The notes under the pieces were generated by a model. It was not told the origin of the DNA. It worked only from the letters and a program-made list of their open reading frames with translations, and ran no database searches. The position numbers were made by a program, and so were the translations under genes. Positions 49,661 through 60,295 of a stretch of DNA of 64,000 nucleotides are shown piece by piece; within the stretch, counting starts at the first letter, position 1; each line of letters begins with the position of its first letter. The DNA lies in the NCBI GenBank assembly GCA_965209035.1, contig OZ242372.1, positions 256,001 to 320,000 of the forward strand. Direction: 5' to 3'. The DNA comes from Gammaproteobacteria bacterium (GTDB lineage Bacteria > Pseudomonadota > Gammaproteobacteria > CBDBNL01 > JAAOII01).

Positions 49661-50887
49661 TTAGAAGCCGTATTCAAGACGAACACCATACTTGCCGGTA
49701 GTAGTGGGATCAGCATCCCCTACTGTTTCGGTGCCGGAAGTGTATGCCAAGGCAACTGTCAGCGGATCCTGATTGGTTGCCCACATCAGATCAAAGCCAC
49801 TGGAAGTGGTTTCCTCATCGTTAGTTTCTTGGGTACCGGATCCATATGCCAGGACCAGATCGGAAGCACCCAAACCAAGTGAAACACCCAGGTTCCAACC
49901 ACTTCTGGAGTATTCCTCTACTTGAACCCCGCCTGCCAAGGCTGCCACATCGGGAGTTACCTCGCGCGTCTGTGTTCCAAAGTTCAAGAAGGGCGTGAAC
50001 TTGCCTTCTTGTATGGGAAAAGCAAGATATAATTGGGTTACACCGCCTGTGCTTTCCACCTCGGCATCTCCTCTATCGGTATTTGTGTTTTGGCTGCCGG
50101 ACAAAACGGTCAACTCGGCATCTACGGCACCATGAGTATAACCCACACGCAGACCAAAGCCATTCGTATCCGTTGAGTAAACAGCCGGATCGGTTGCATT
50201 CGGGGATGCAAGAGCCGCATCACCGCCTAGGCTGCTGGCCGCAGCGGCTGCACCGGCTGGCACGGAATCACGCTGAATTAACAACGCAACATTGAGGCCA
50301 AGACCTTTCCAACCCAGCGCGTGCAAAGAAAAACGGTTGTTTGCCGCTTGACCGGAAAAGTCCTTGGTTGCAGTCAAGAAATCGGTGGTGTAGCCTTTTT
50401 CGTTGTTCAGCCACTCCTCACGACCAATCTTGTAGTAGACACCGGTAGGACTATGCGTCAAAATGGCGAATTGATCGCGACCGGTAAGATCGCCACCAAA
50501 ACCGTCATTGCTTTCCCATTCGGCCTTGAGGGCGGCATTATAGTCACCCAACTGCGAACTGGCTTCCACATTGTAGCGAATAGCGTTATTGGCTGTGAAG
50601 CGAATAAAGCCGTTGCCCGCGGTGTTGCCGTCATCGGAAGCGAAATGATGATTCCATTGCAGATGGGTGTCCCCGCCTGTGCTGGATGCTTCATCATCAC
50701 CGCCAAACGATGTGGTAAGAGTCTCTATGGCGGTGTCGCCGTCATTCACTGTCGTGGACTGGGACTCTACCCGGACATTGCCACTGAAAGACTGGCTGTA
50801 TTCCGCCGCCTGAAGACTCGGTAAAACAAGTCCGCAGGATGCGAAAATAATAAATAAAGTTTTTTTAAGGTTCATTTTAAAGTTCAT
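49661..50887 (-). CDS. Porin-like outer membrane beta-barrel
   Basis: Signal peptide, AAGGAG RBS, amphipathic strands, C-terminal YGVRLEYGF. Confidence 0.8.
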   Translation of the reverse strand: MNFKMNLKKTLFIIFASCGLVLPSLQAAEYSQSFSGNVRVESQSTTVNDGDTAIETLTTSFGGDDEASSTGGDTHLQWNHHFASDDGNTAGNGFIRFTANNAIRYNVEASSQLGDYNAALKAEWESNDGFGGDLTGRDQFAILTHSPTGVYYKIGREEWLNNEKGYTTDFLTATKDFSGQAANNRFSLHALGWKGLGLNVALLIQRDSVPAGAAAAASSLGGDAALASPNATDPAVYSTDTNGFGLRVGYTHGAVDAELTVLSGSQNTNTDRGDAEVESTGGVTQLYLAFPIQEGKFTPFLNFGTQTREVTPDVAALAGGVQVEEYSRSGWNLGVSLGLGASDLVLAYGSGTQETNDEETTSSGFDLMWATNQDPLTVALAYTSGTETVGDADPTTTGKYGVRLEYGF

Positions 50888-51180
50888 TGTTTTCTCCTTT
50901 AATTAATTGATAATAATAATAATATCAGTGATCACTGACCTTACAAGTATGATCACTCATACCCATAAAATCATGTTGTGTCGCAAAGCAAGCTCCCAGT
51001 CTCATATCCCGTTGAAATCCCGAACCAAAATCCGAGAATCTCAACCAAAAATAACGGGACGAAGAATCTGCCACGGCACAACTCTTCGTTTCGCAAATAT
51101 TCAAATATGCACGAAACATACAAAGATTATAAACAAATATCGTCAAAATAATCATTTTTTTGGATTTTTTATAAAAATTT

Positions 51181-51975
51181 TTAAATTGCCACTTGTGCCT
51201 TAATATGCGGCTGCGGATGGTAATCCGAGAGCTCAAAATCGTCATAAACAAAATCTTTGAGATTGCGGAGATCCCGTTTCAGTCGCATCTTCGGCAAGGG
51301 TCCCGGTGTCCGCTTCAATTGCATGTCCGCTTGCTCCAAATGATTTTCATACAGATGGACATCGCCCAGGTTCTGCACCAATGTATCCGGCGTCATGCCA
51401 CATACCTTCGCCACCATCAGGGTAAGCAGCGCGTATGAAGCGGTATTAAACGGCAAGCCCAAAAAGATATCCGCACTGCGCTGATACACACTGCAAGAGA
51501 GCCCGCGCCTGCCGACATAAAACTGAAACAGAACATGACACGGCGGCAAACGCATCCGCGCAAGTTCGCCGACATTCCAAGCACTGACCAGATGGCGGCG
51601 GCCGTGCGGATCCGTTTTCAAGCCGACTATTAATTTTTCCAGTTGGTCTATTGTTTTGCCGTCTGCGGTTTCCCAAGCGCGCCACTGCTTGCCGTATATA
51701 GGACCGAGTTCGCCCTTCTCATCCGCCCATTCGTTCCAAATAGACACCCCTCTTTCTTGCAGATAGGCGATGTTTGTTTCGCCGCGCACAAACCACAGAA
51801 GTTCGTGAAGGATGGAAGGCAGATGCAGTTTCTTGGTGGTCAGTAGCGGAAACCCTTCTCGCAGGTCTGTCCGCATCTGATAGCCAAAGATGCTGTAGCA
51901 TTTCAACCCGGTTCGGCTTTCTTTGAGTTCGCCATCCCGGCGCGTCTTATGCAAAAGATCCAAATACTGTTTCAT
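51181..51975 (-). CDS. thyA: Thymidylate synthase
   Basis: [14 protein letters not shown] and [14 protein letters not shown]. Confidence 0.97.
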   Translation of the reverse strand: MKQYLDLLHKTRRDGELKESRTGLKCYSIFGYQMRTDLREGFPLLTTKKLHLPSILHELLWFVRGETNIAYLQERGVSIWNEWADEKGELGPIYGKQWRAWETADGKTIDQLEKLIVGLKTDPHGRRHLVSAWNVGELARMRLPPCHVLFQFYVGRRGLSCSVYQRSADIFLGLPFNTASYALLTLMVAKVCGMTPDTLVQNLGDVHLYENHLEQADMQLKRTPGPLPKMRLKRDLRNLKDFVYDDFELSDYHPQPHIKAQVAI

Positions 51976-52187
51976 TGTTTGTTTAGTTTGTTTAGTTTGT
52001 TTAATTGCTTAATTGCCCACCCGAAGTCACTTATGATTTTTTATTTTTACTTTTCATTTTAAGGAGTGCTTATTAAGGCGTGCTTAAAAAGTCAAGTTGG
52101 TATCATTGAATGCTATTAAATGCTATCGGATGATATTCGTCTTTTCTCTTGTTTTGATTTTGATACCGGATAAAAAACAGATCCTAT

Positions 52188-52868
52188 TTAAGGGGTCGCC
52201 GGTTCCGGCAGCTTCTCGGTTTTGCGAATGAGTTGCATGATCTTCTCGCGCCCCGCAGGTGTTTGCTCTTTGACCAACAGTCTATTTAAGAGACGCAACG
52301 CTTCTGTCCGATTGCCCGCCGCCGTATGTTCGGCCGCCAGAACAGACAAGAGTGTCGGATGTTCGGGATTGAGATGTTCCAGTTGCCACAACAGAGATGC
52401 CAATTTTTCGGACCAAGCCGGGTCGGTATTTTGATAACCCGCCTCGTAATGCATACGCAGAAGCAGGGCACGGGCATCCTCGTCCGATTGCAGGCTTGGA
52501 TGTTCCAACACCGAACTTGCCCGCAAAGAATTACCGGACAAGTAATAGAAACGCCCCAAGTCAAGTCGGAGTCGGGTGTTGTCGGGGTCCTGTTTCAAAC
52601 GCGTCTCCAAGGTCGCAAGTTCCGCGGCCAAGATATCTTGCATACTCTTTTGTTGAAACTCTTGTTTTAATGTTTCCCAACGCAGGATCTTGCTCAGTTG
52701 CGGATATGAGAATGCGAAGGCAAGCAAGGGGGCAGTTAAAATCGGCAACCAAAACCATCGCCCTTCTTTTTTACCGAGTTGGCGGCGCACCGGCAACCAA
52801 AGAAAGCAACATGCCACCAAAACAAGCAAGGCGGCAGCGATAAAAAAAGAAGAAAAGAAAGCGGGCAA
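52188..52868 (-). CDS. CcmI/CycH-like TPR membrane protein (TTG start inferred)
   Basis: FFIAAALLVLVACCFLWLP TM segment and LETRLKQDPDN TPR-like segment; downstream of ccmH. Confidence 0.65.
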   Translation of the reverse strand: MPAFFSSFFIAAALLVLVACCFLWLPVRRQLGKKEGRWFWLPILTAPLLAFAFSYPQLSKILRWETLKQEFQQKSMQDILAAELATLETRLKQDPDNTRLRLDLGRFYYLSGNSLRASSVLEHPSLQSDEDARALLLRMHYEAGYQNTDPAWSEKLASLLWQLEHLNPEHPTLLSVLAAEHTAAGNRTEALRLLNRLLVKEQTPAGREKIMQLIRKTEKLPEPATP

Positions 52869-52908
52869 CCCGGTGAAATCGCGAGGTTTGGGAAAGGACT
52901 GAGCCTGA

Positions 52909-53394
52909 CTAATTCGGGTGTCGGCTGTTCTTTGTCTTCTTGCCGGAATTGCCCCCAAAAGCGGGCGCCGTCTTTGGAAAACCGAAAGTTTTCGTTTTCC
53001 GATGTTTGTGATGATCCGCGAAAATCCGGAACCAGAGTCCGCCAAGAGCCAAGAGAACAAACAACAAAGGCATGCCGATCAACACCACATTATGTTTCAG
53101 AGAACTCGGCTGCCTCAAGATCTCCTCGCCGTAGCCGGATTGCAGGTATTCTTTGATCTCCGCCGCCGAATAGCCGTCAGTCGCCAATTCAAACACAAGT
53201 TGTCGCAGTCCTTCCGCCATAGCCGAGGAAGAACCCGCAATACTCTGGCCGGCACAACCGGGGCAGTTAATCTGCGGTAAGGCCTGCTCAAATACCTTTC
53301 TGTGCTTGGTATCGGTAAACTCATAGACTTCTTTTGCCGACACCGGAATTGTCGCAGTCCAAATCAATAAAAGAAAAACGAAAAGGACACGCAT
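52909..53394 (-). CDS. ccmH: Cytochrome c biogenesis protein CcmH/CycL
   Basis: CPGCAGQSIAGS, YGEEIL and a C-terminal TM helix. Confidence 0.82.
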   Translation of the reverse strand: MRVLFVFLLLIWTATIPVSAKEVYEFTDTKHRKVFEQALPQINCPGCAGQSIAGSSSAMAEGLRQLVFELATDGYSAAEIKEYLQSGYGEEILRQPSSLKHNVVLIGMPLLFVLLALGGLWFRIFADHHKHRKTKTFGFPKTAPAFGGNSGKKTKNSRHPN

Positions 53395-53565
53395 AGGGTT
53401 AAGATTGGGGCAAGTTTGAGATATGCGATTGGAGTGTGCTGTCAACTCTGTCAAACTTGTCAAGCCTGCCAAGCTGAAAACAACCTCGGACAAACGCGAA
53501 CCGACAGTGTCCTTTAATGTAAAGATTGTTGGACTTCCTTTCTCTTACTTACTTAAAGGAAGCGA

Positions 53566-54090
53566 TCAAATATGTTCTACTTTTTCTATCCGGTAATACG
53601 CGGTTTCGCCGGAGGGCTTGGTAAGAGTCACCACCTCTCCTTCGTTTTTGCCAATCAGGACCCGCGCAAGAGGCGCCGCATAGGAAAGTTTTTTGTTTTG
53701 AATGTTGGCTTCGTCCTCACCAACAATTTGATAAGTGATACTCTCCTTGGCGGCTTTCTGTCCTTTGCCCGCCTCTTTTGTTTCTTTTGTTGCCCCGGGA
53801 TCTTTCACCGTCAAAAGAGTCACAGTCGCACCAAAAATTACCCTGCCGTTGTGCGGGATAGCGGTAATGTCTATCACGCGCAGGTTCCCCAAACGACTTT
53901 GCAGGGTCCCAATGCGAGATTCCACCATTCCTTGTTCTTCGCGGGCCGCATGATATTCCGCATTCTCGCGCAGATCACCGTGCGCGCGCGCCGTGGCAAT
54001 ATCTTGAATAATACGCGGACGCTTCTCGCGAACCAACCTGTCCAGTTCTTCGCGCAGGAGTTTTTCTCCCAGAATGGTCACCGGGTTCAT
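53566..54090 (-). CDS. greA: Transcription elongation factor GreA
   Basis: ARAHGDLRENAEYHAAREEQ and YQIVGEDEA. Confidence 0.96.
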   Translation of the reverse strand: MNPVTILGEKLLREELDRLVREKRPRIIQDIATARAHGDLRENAEYHAAREEQGMVESRIGTLQSRLGNLRVIDITAIPHNGRVIFGATVTLLTVKDPGATKETKEAGKGQKAAKESITYQIVGEDEANIQNKKLSYAAPLARVLIGKNEGEVVTLTKPSGETAYYRIEKVEHI

Positions 54091-54900
54091 CTACCAATTC
54101 CCGTTAAGAGACCAGTCATAATCCAAACTTTCAATATCGTTTTTCCCGACGGAATAACCGGAGTAGTCGCCAATCAGTTTGATAATCCCCGCCGAATGTC
54201 CAAAGTCCTTGTCATACCAATGGAATATTTTGGATAGGCGGATCTCGACGCTTTCGCCGCCTTTACGAACAATCCGCATCCCCTTGGACGGGTTATTCAT
54301 AAAGCGTTGTTCTTGGAGTTGCAACTGAGCATCCAGACGAGAGCCCTCATAAGGTTCCTCATAAAGATCCGGGCAGGAAAGTGACGCACAGTTAATTGCA
54401 TAGTGGACGCGCGGCTCACCCATTGGGCGTAGGATTTTGTGTTCAATGCGATGTAGCGTGTGTTCCTTGTCATTAATTTCCCAATCATGAATTCGCCATA
54501 CATTGCGCAGCAAGCCGCCCAGGTTGCGAATACTTTCTTTTTCTTCATTTTTGATGATCAGGTCTATGGTAAGAATGTTGTATGTGTTAATCCAAAACGC
54601 CATCCGATCCGCTCCTCTTAAATGTTTGGGATTAATTGTCCGGATGCTTGCCATCACCCGGGCATGCAAAGGGTCCCGTAGCCATCCGTCATAATCTACC
54701 TCCGTATAGGTAATCCCATTTCTCACCATATCCGGGCGAAGATAATTTGACAGCAATACGCGATAGTCCGCGTAAATAGCACGAAGGGCTTGATAAGCCT
54801 CATCATAGTCCTCAACGGATTGTGCCAAAACCGAGGCACTTCCGATTCCTCCCAAAACTCCCGTCAATACAAGAGAGCATATCAACCTTCTTATTGCCAT
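54091..54900 (-). CDS. DUF547-domain exported protein
   Basis: AFWINTYN, IEHKILR, PRVHYAINCASLSCP and YDWSLN. Confidence 0.9.
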   Translation of the reverse strand: MAIRRLICSLVLTGVLGGIGSASVLAQSVEDYDEAYQALRAIYADYRVLLSNYLRPDMVRNGITYTEVDYDGWLRDPLHARVMASIRTINPKHLRGADRMAFWINTYNILTIDLIIKNEEKESIRNLGGLLRNVWRIHDWEINDKEHTLHRIEHKILRPMGEPRVHYAINCASLSCPDLYEEPYEGSRLDAQLQLQEQRFMNNPSKGMRIVRKGGESVEIRLSKIFHWYDKDFGHSAGIIKLIGDYSGYSVGKNDIESLDYDWSLNGNW

Positions 54901-54951
54901 ACTTTTATTATATCCTTAATTATGCAGATATTATCACGAACACAAAGATGA

Positions 54952-55025
54952 TCGGGACGGCAGGATTTGAACCTGCGACCACCACACCCCCAGCGTGGTG
55001 CGCTACCAGGCTGCGCTACGCCCCG
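54952..55025 (-). tRNA. tRNA-Pro(GGG)
   Basis: CGGGGCGTAGCGCAGCCTGGTAGCGC..CTGGGGG..GTTCAAATCC; followed by TCA rather than CCA. Confidence 0.95.
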
Positions 55026-55158
55026 ACATGAGAAAGATTATAAGGCATTCATTTTTTTAATGAGGAGAGATGTCTTACCCAAAGAATATTTTCCGGTCGC
55101 ATTCGGCTTAATGCTTCCCGATGCTTCCCGTGCCGGTGTTCAAACCGGAATACTCCCC

Positions 55159-55783
55159 TTAATTTTCTAATGTGTCTCTTTCTTTCAAATAATTAATGGC
55201 ATTCATGAGATAGTTCTTGCCATTCTTAAATCTGCCCAAACCCGTATTACAACTATCACAAATAAAATCTCTGATGTTGCCTGTGTGATGATCGTGGTCC
55301 GCAACTACCTTGGTCGTAATCCCAACAATGGAACGCTTTTGACAAATGGGGCACTTAAAGTAATCTCCTTTTTGAGGGCGGCTTTTTTCCATACGCTTTG
55401 CCTGTATGCTCTTAGGGGATCTCTTGTCTATATCGGTTCGACAACTAATACAACCGGGACGACGTATGGAGCCATGTTTATTTGTTTGGTTTATTTGTTT
55501 GGTTAAGGCTAAACTTGATTGTCGGTCTTAGCCTATGACAAATGTTACAAATCTTTTGTTGATGTCTGTCGCCTGTTTTGTGCACATCCAAATCGGTGAT
55601 TTCATTCTTCGCGACAGTCCAAGTTTCGTTTCTGCCAATTAACCAAACAATCGCCATCCCGCCCTCAATCTTTTTTAGTAACCCCACCGAGTTGGCGGGA
55701 AAGTGTGTGCTGTGTTTTGAAGGCGTACCATCTTCATGTAAATGACCCTTCCCCTTGAGACAAACAACCCATTTAGACAGCAT
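55159..55783 (-). pseudogene. Hpy99I-family type II restriction endonuclease, frameshifted by a 13-bp tandem duplication
   Basis: KICNICH, RPGCISCR, CPICQKRSIVG and DHDH..ICDSCNTGLGRFK; GTTTATTTGTTTG x2 at 55476-55501. Confidence 0.88.
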
Positions 55784-56679
55784 CTTTTATTAAGTCCAAT
55801 CGTTTTTTTGCTATATCAATATACTCATGTGAAACATCCACACCTATATACTTGCGCCGATTAATGGCCGCCATTTTACAGGTCGTTCCCGAGCCACACA
55901 TAGGATCGAATACCAGGTCGCCATCATTTGTCCAAGATAATATATGCTCTTCGGCCAGTTTTTCGGGAAATACGGCGGGGTGATTAAATGCGATCTTGTC
56001 CGATCTTGTCCGATATTGCCCCGCCCATACCAACCGCATAGGACCATATATTTGTTCTAGTTTTTTCTTTTTTTAATTCTCTTAGAATTTTTTTATTCAC
56101 CCCGTCGGACTTTTTGTTGTGAACAACCATTTCAAGCCCGTGCCTGACTGTTTTTTCTTTTAGCGGGTTAAATATTTTTGGTTTTCCTTTGCTCAAAACA
56201 AACATAAACTCGTAACAATTTGTATAAGCATTACTGCGCATAAACGGAGTATTCTTCTTTTGGTAAATCATCACATCATGTGCGCTAAATCCGATATCTC
56301 GAAAGTAAATTCCTTGCTCAAAACTGGTGAGAGTTCGCCCTCCGTTAATTCTATCGCCGACAACCCAAACGACAATACCTCCCTTTTTGGTAACTCTGTA
56401 TAGTTCCCGGGCAATCAATCTAAAATCAAAATCGTAACCCTTGTAATCTCGTAAATTGTCATAAGGCGGAGAAGTAATTGTCAGATCCACACTATTTTCT
56501 GCCATATCTCGCATAAACTCAACACAATCACTAACATGAAGTCCGCACTTTCGATCATTTGTGATTCGGTTGGATGACGAAACGGCGGAGCTTGCGGAAG
56601 TTGTTTCCATGTCCGGGGCATCCGGCGCGAATAAATCCGAACTGCTCATTTCACCGCGATCACACTTCTTACATTCCAA
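55773..56679 (-). pseudogene. Beta-class N4-cytosine/N6-adenine DNA methyltransferase, frameshifted by a 10-bp tandem duplication
   Basis: DLTITSPPY, HPAVFPEKL and DPMCGSGTT; CGATCTTGTC x2 at 55991-56010. Confidence 0.9.
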
Positions 56680-56712
56680 AAAGATTGCCCAAAACGGATG
56701 CCCGCGCCTTGC

Positions 56713-59238
56713 TTACTCGGCACGCAGGACGATGTTGTGCTGCTGCGCCAATTGTTTTAGAAGTTTATCCGCTTGTTTTCCGGTATAGTCGTCCGTCAGG
56801 GTTTCTGTCGGCGACTGCCAGCCCAACCGAATACTCATGCTTTTTTTGTTCTCGCCTAACTTGGGCGAGGTATAAACATCCAACAGTTCCACAGATTGTA
56901 ATTGCCGGTCCGCAAGTTTTTGGATATAACCTTTTAATTGGTAATAGTTAATCTCTTTATCCATCACCAAAGACAATTCAAACTGTGCGATCGGATAACG
57001 CGAAAAAGGGGCGTAATTGCCGGTGCTACCGGCATTGCCGGCAGTCATTTTCTCGCCATGCAAAATATCAATCGTAAACTCAAACACATAAATACTTGCC
57101 TTACCAAGTTTGTGTTTTTCACGCAAGGACGGATGCAACTGCCCGGCATAACCGACAGGCATACCATCTCCCGGCCGCGTCAACGATAAGAAACAACCGG
57201 GATGAACACAGGAGGGAGGAGGAGTATCATAAGAAAAGTTGGCATCCGCACCGCAAGAACGGAGCAGTGCCTGCATATCACTTTTAAGTGTCCAAAAATC
57301 ACAGGGTTTATCACCAAAGGGTCTGCCTTCCGGCACATCCAAAATCGCCCCGCCGATGCGTGTCTCTTGCAGAAGATTGTCGGAAGGATTCTTGCCGGGA
57401 ACAAAGCACATACCAATCTCAAAAATGCGACGGGAAACCGGCCGCTGTCGGTAATTGTAAAACAGACAACGCAAAAGACCGGGAAGAAGATCCGAGCGCA
57501 TCATAGACATGGCTTGAGAAATCGGGTTTGCTATTTCCAAGGGCTGCTCTGAAGACGGAGACCGGGCGATATCCTCCGCACCGATAAAACTATAATTAAC
57601 CGTCTCGCGATACCCCCTTCCCGCAAGAACACTCCTTGCCCGATCTTCGGCAAGAAACGGAGAAACGGGAAAATTCTCGGAAAACGCTACCTTAGGAATA
57701 TGTGCGGGAATCTTGTCATAACCATAAACACGCGCCAGCTCTTCGGCCAAGGATTCCCAACAGTCCAGGTCAAACCTGTGCGATGGGGGCGTAACCCCCA
57801 ATGTGCGAGATATTGCCGACTCCTTGCTAACTTCCTTTTGCTTTGCCGCGGCCGTCTTATTGCCCCGCACTTCCTCTCGGGCAACCTTCACTTGCATCCC
57901 CAACTTCTCAAGAATTTCAATGATGTTAGTTTCCGACAGAGCATCCTCGGTCACGCAGGATGCCGAAGCCAACCCAAGAAATATGTTCAGTCGTTCGCTA
58001 TTAATCCGTATGCTCTCGCGGCGCGGCAGGTTCTCCCGGCTCAGGGTACCGACAATCGGCCCCGCCTTCCCGTTTCCATACTCCGCCAGCAAGGCAACCG
58101 CACGAGACATCGCATTTTCGGTGTTTCCATAGTCCACCCCCCGTTCAAACCTGTGTGCCGCATCCGTTTGCAAGCCGTATTTTGCCTGCTTGCCAAAAAT
58201 AATCTCCGGTGTAAAAAACGCCCCTTCCAAAAAAATGTCTTTGGTATTCTCGCCAATTGCCGTGTCTCTGCCGCCAATCACACCCGCCAATGCCACGGGG
58301 CCCGTATGATCCGCTATCACCAGGTCTTCGGCATCCGGCAGAATGACCTCTCCGGTCAGAAGTTTTAGTTTTTGTTTGCCGTCTCCTCGCCGCACCCGAA
58401 TGCCTTCTTTAATAGTGCGCAAATCAAACGCATGTAACGGCTGCCCCAACTCCAACATCACATAGTTTGTGACATCCACCGCCAGGTCCAAAGGACGCAA
58501 GCCCGCGGCAAGAAGTCTGCGTTTCATCCACTCGGGAGTCGGCATGCCGAGGTCAATCTCTTTAATGACACAACCATAATACGCCGGACATTCTTTCGGC
58601 GACAACAACTCTACCGGCACAGATTCCCGGTGCTGCGGCATCAAAAGAGTTTCTTTCCCGCCCGTTTCGGTCGGAAGCCGAAGTGCCGCATTGCAAAGAA
58701 CCGAAACTTCACGGGCAATACCGCGCAAACAGAAACAATCGCCGCGATTGGGCGTAACAGCCAACTCCATCACCTTGTCGTCGGACCCCAAATAATCCGC
58801 AAGTACTTTGCCCACAGGAGCATCGGCGGGCAATTCCATAATCCCCGCAGCGTCCTCGCCGATTTGCAACTCTTTTTCCGAACAAAGCATTCCCTCGGAT
58901 TTGACACCGCGCAGTTTGGCAACCTTAATGGCGGTTCCGTTTGGCAATCTCGTCCCGACTTTGGCAAAAGCACTTTTAAGATTCTTACGCGCATTCTCCG
59001 CACCGCATACAACCGAATAGGACTCCTTTCCGTCTGTGACCTCGCAAATCCGCAACCTGTCCGCTTGCGGATGCGGGCTGACATTCACGAGGGTTGCCAC
59101 CACTATATCCTTGGATAACACAGCCGGAATATGGATTTCCTCTAATTCTAACCCCGCACCCGTAAGAATTTCCGCTATCTCCTCCAAAGGCAATGGCGGA
59201 TCCGTCCATTCGCGCAACCAGGATTCGCTTATCCGCAT
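56713..59238 (-). CDS. pheT: Phenylalanyl-tRNA synthetase beta subunit
   Basis: MRISESWLREW, TPNRGDC, GQPLHAFD and RFERGVD. Confidence 0.97.
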   Translation of the reverse strand: MRISESWLREWTDPPLPLEEIAEILTGAGLELEEIHIPAVLSKDIVVATLVNVSPHPQADRLRICEVTDGKESYSVVCGAENARKNLKSAFAKVGTRLPNGTAIKVAKLRGVKSEGMLCSEKELQIGEDAAGIMELPADAPVGKVLADYLGSDDKVMELAVTPNRGDCFCLRGIAREVSVLCNAALRLPTETGGKETLLMPQHRESVPVELLSPKECPAYYGCVIKEIDLGMPTPEWMKRRLLAAGLRPLDLAVDVTNYVMLELGQPLHAFDLRTIKEGIRVRRGDGKQKLKLLTGEVILPDAEDLVIADHTGPVALAGVIGGRDTAIGENTKDIFLEGAFFTPEIIFGKQAKYGLQTDAAHRFERGVDYGNTENAMSRAVALLAEYGNGKAGPIVGTLSRENLPRRESIRINSERLNIFLGLASASCVTEDALSETNIIEILEKLGMQVKVAREEVRGNKTAAAKQKEVSKESAISRTLGVTPPSHRFDLDCWESLAEELARVYGYDKIPAHIPKVAFSENFPVSPFLAEDRARSVLAGRGYRETVNYSFIGAEDIARSPSSEQPLEIANPISQAMSMMRSDLLPGLLRCLFYNYRQRPVSRRIFEIGMCFVPGKNPSDNLLQETRIGGAILDVPEGRPFGDKPCDFWTLKSDMQALLRSCGADANFSYDTPPPSCVHPGCFLSLTRPGDGMPVGYAGQLHPSLREKHKLGKASIYVFEFTIDILHGEKMTAGNAGSTGNYAPFSRYPIAQFELSLVMDKEINYYQLKGYIQKLADRQLQSVELLDVYTSPKLGENKKSMSIRLGWQSPTETLTDDYTGKQADKLLKQLAQQHNIVLRAE

Positions 59239-59242
59239 CGGG

Positions 59243-60283
59243 TTATACGAAAAAATTGAGGAAGCGCATATCGTTTTCGTAGAATAAACGAATGTCGTTT
59301 ATCCCCAGGGACAACATCGCCATACGCTCCACGCCCAAGCCAAAGGCAAATCCGCTGTAAATGTTTGGGTCCAGACCGCCCGCCTTCAAAACATTCGGAT
59401 GCACCATACCGCAACCGAGTATTTCCAGCCATTGATCCTTGGCGGAAACTGCGGCTCTTTTATTGTCGGTTCCGAGGGCAACGCTCTCACGCAGAATGTC
59501 CACCTCGGCGGAGGGTTCCGTGAAAGGAAAATACGAAGCACGAAATCTAAGGCGCGCCTTGTGCCCAAAAAATACATTAACAAACATCTGCAGGGTCCCT
59601 TTAAGATCGGCGAAACTGATCCCTTTGTCTATGACCATCCCTTCCACTTGATGAAACATTGGCGAATGGGTGGCGTCATAGTCACATCTGTATGTCTTGC
59701 CCGGGCAGATGATCCGAAACGGCGGTTTACGCGTTTCCATCGCACGAATTTGACCCGGCGAAGTATGTGTCCGCAAAAGTTGTTTGTCGGCAAAATAAAA
59801 AGTGTCGTGCAGAGTTCTTGCCGGATGCATCGGGGGAAAATTCAAGGCTTCAAAGTTGTAGTAATCGCTTTCTATTTCCGGCCCTACGATCGTCTCATAG
59901 CCCGCACGGGTAAAGATTGCCTCTATCCGGGCGCGCACCCGGCTGATTGGATGCCAGCCACCGCCGGTATTTTCTTCCGCAGGCAAGGAAGTATCAATGG
60001 CTTCGGAACGCAGCCGCTCCGCCAAAGCATTCTCTCTGAACCATTCTTGTTTTTCGTCCAATGCGGTGCGCACGGATTGCACCGTCTCATTTAAAAGACG
60101 ACCCCGATGCGCGCGCTCATCCGCGGGCAGTTTGGATAACTCCTTTAATTGCAGGGTGAGTTTGCCTTTCTTTCCCAAAAGAGAAAGGCGTAACTTGCTA
60201 ATATCTTCTTCGCACCGACAAGCATCCAAGACACGATGCGCCTCCTCGGCCAGGGTGTTCAGTGTGTCAATAAAACGCACCAC
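59243..60283 (-). CDS. pheS: Phenylalanyl-tRNA synthetase alpha subunit
   Basis: LRTHTS, FHQVEG, FPFTEPS and GFAFGLGVER. Confidence 0.97.
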   Translation of the reverse strand: MVRFIDTLNTLAEEAHRVLDACRCEEDISKLRLSLLGKKGKLTLQLKELSKLPADERAHRGRLLNETVQSVRTALDEKQEWFRENALAERLRSEAIDTSLPAEENTGGGWHPISRVRARIEAIFTRAGYETIVGPEIESDYYNFEALNFPPMHPARTLHDTFYFADKQLLRTHTSPGQIRAMETRKPPFRIICPGKTYRCDYDATHSPMFHQVEGMVIDKGISFADLKGTLQMFVNVFFGHKARLRFRASYFPFTEPSAEVDILRESVALGTDNKRAAVSAKDQWLEILGCGMVHPNVLKAGGLDPNIYSGFAFGLGVERMAMLSLGINDIRLFYENDMRFLNFFV

Positions 60284-60295
60284 TCGGGATGCTCG

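Noticed and set aside
52188-53493. Frameshifted ccmH-ccmI fusion suggested by the 152-nt ORF overlap
   Set aside because: A TTG at 52868 gives a typical CcmI-like N-terminus with no overlap.
54952-56712. tRNA-Pro-anchored integrative island around the R-M genes
   Set aside because: The R-M pair lies 5' of the tRNA; no duplicated tRNA 3' end, integrase or terminal IRs were seen.
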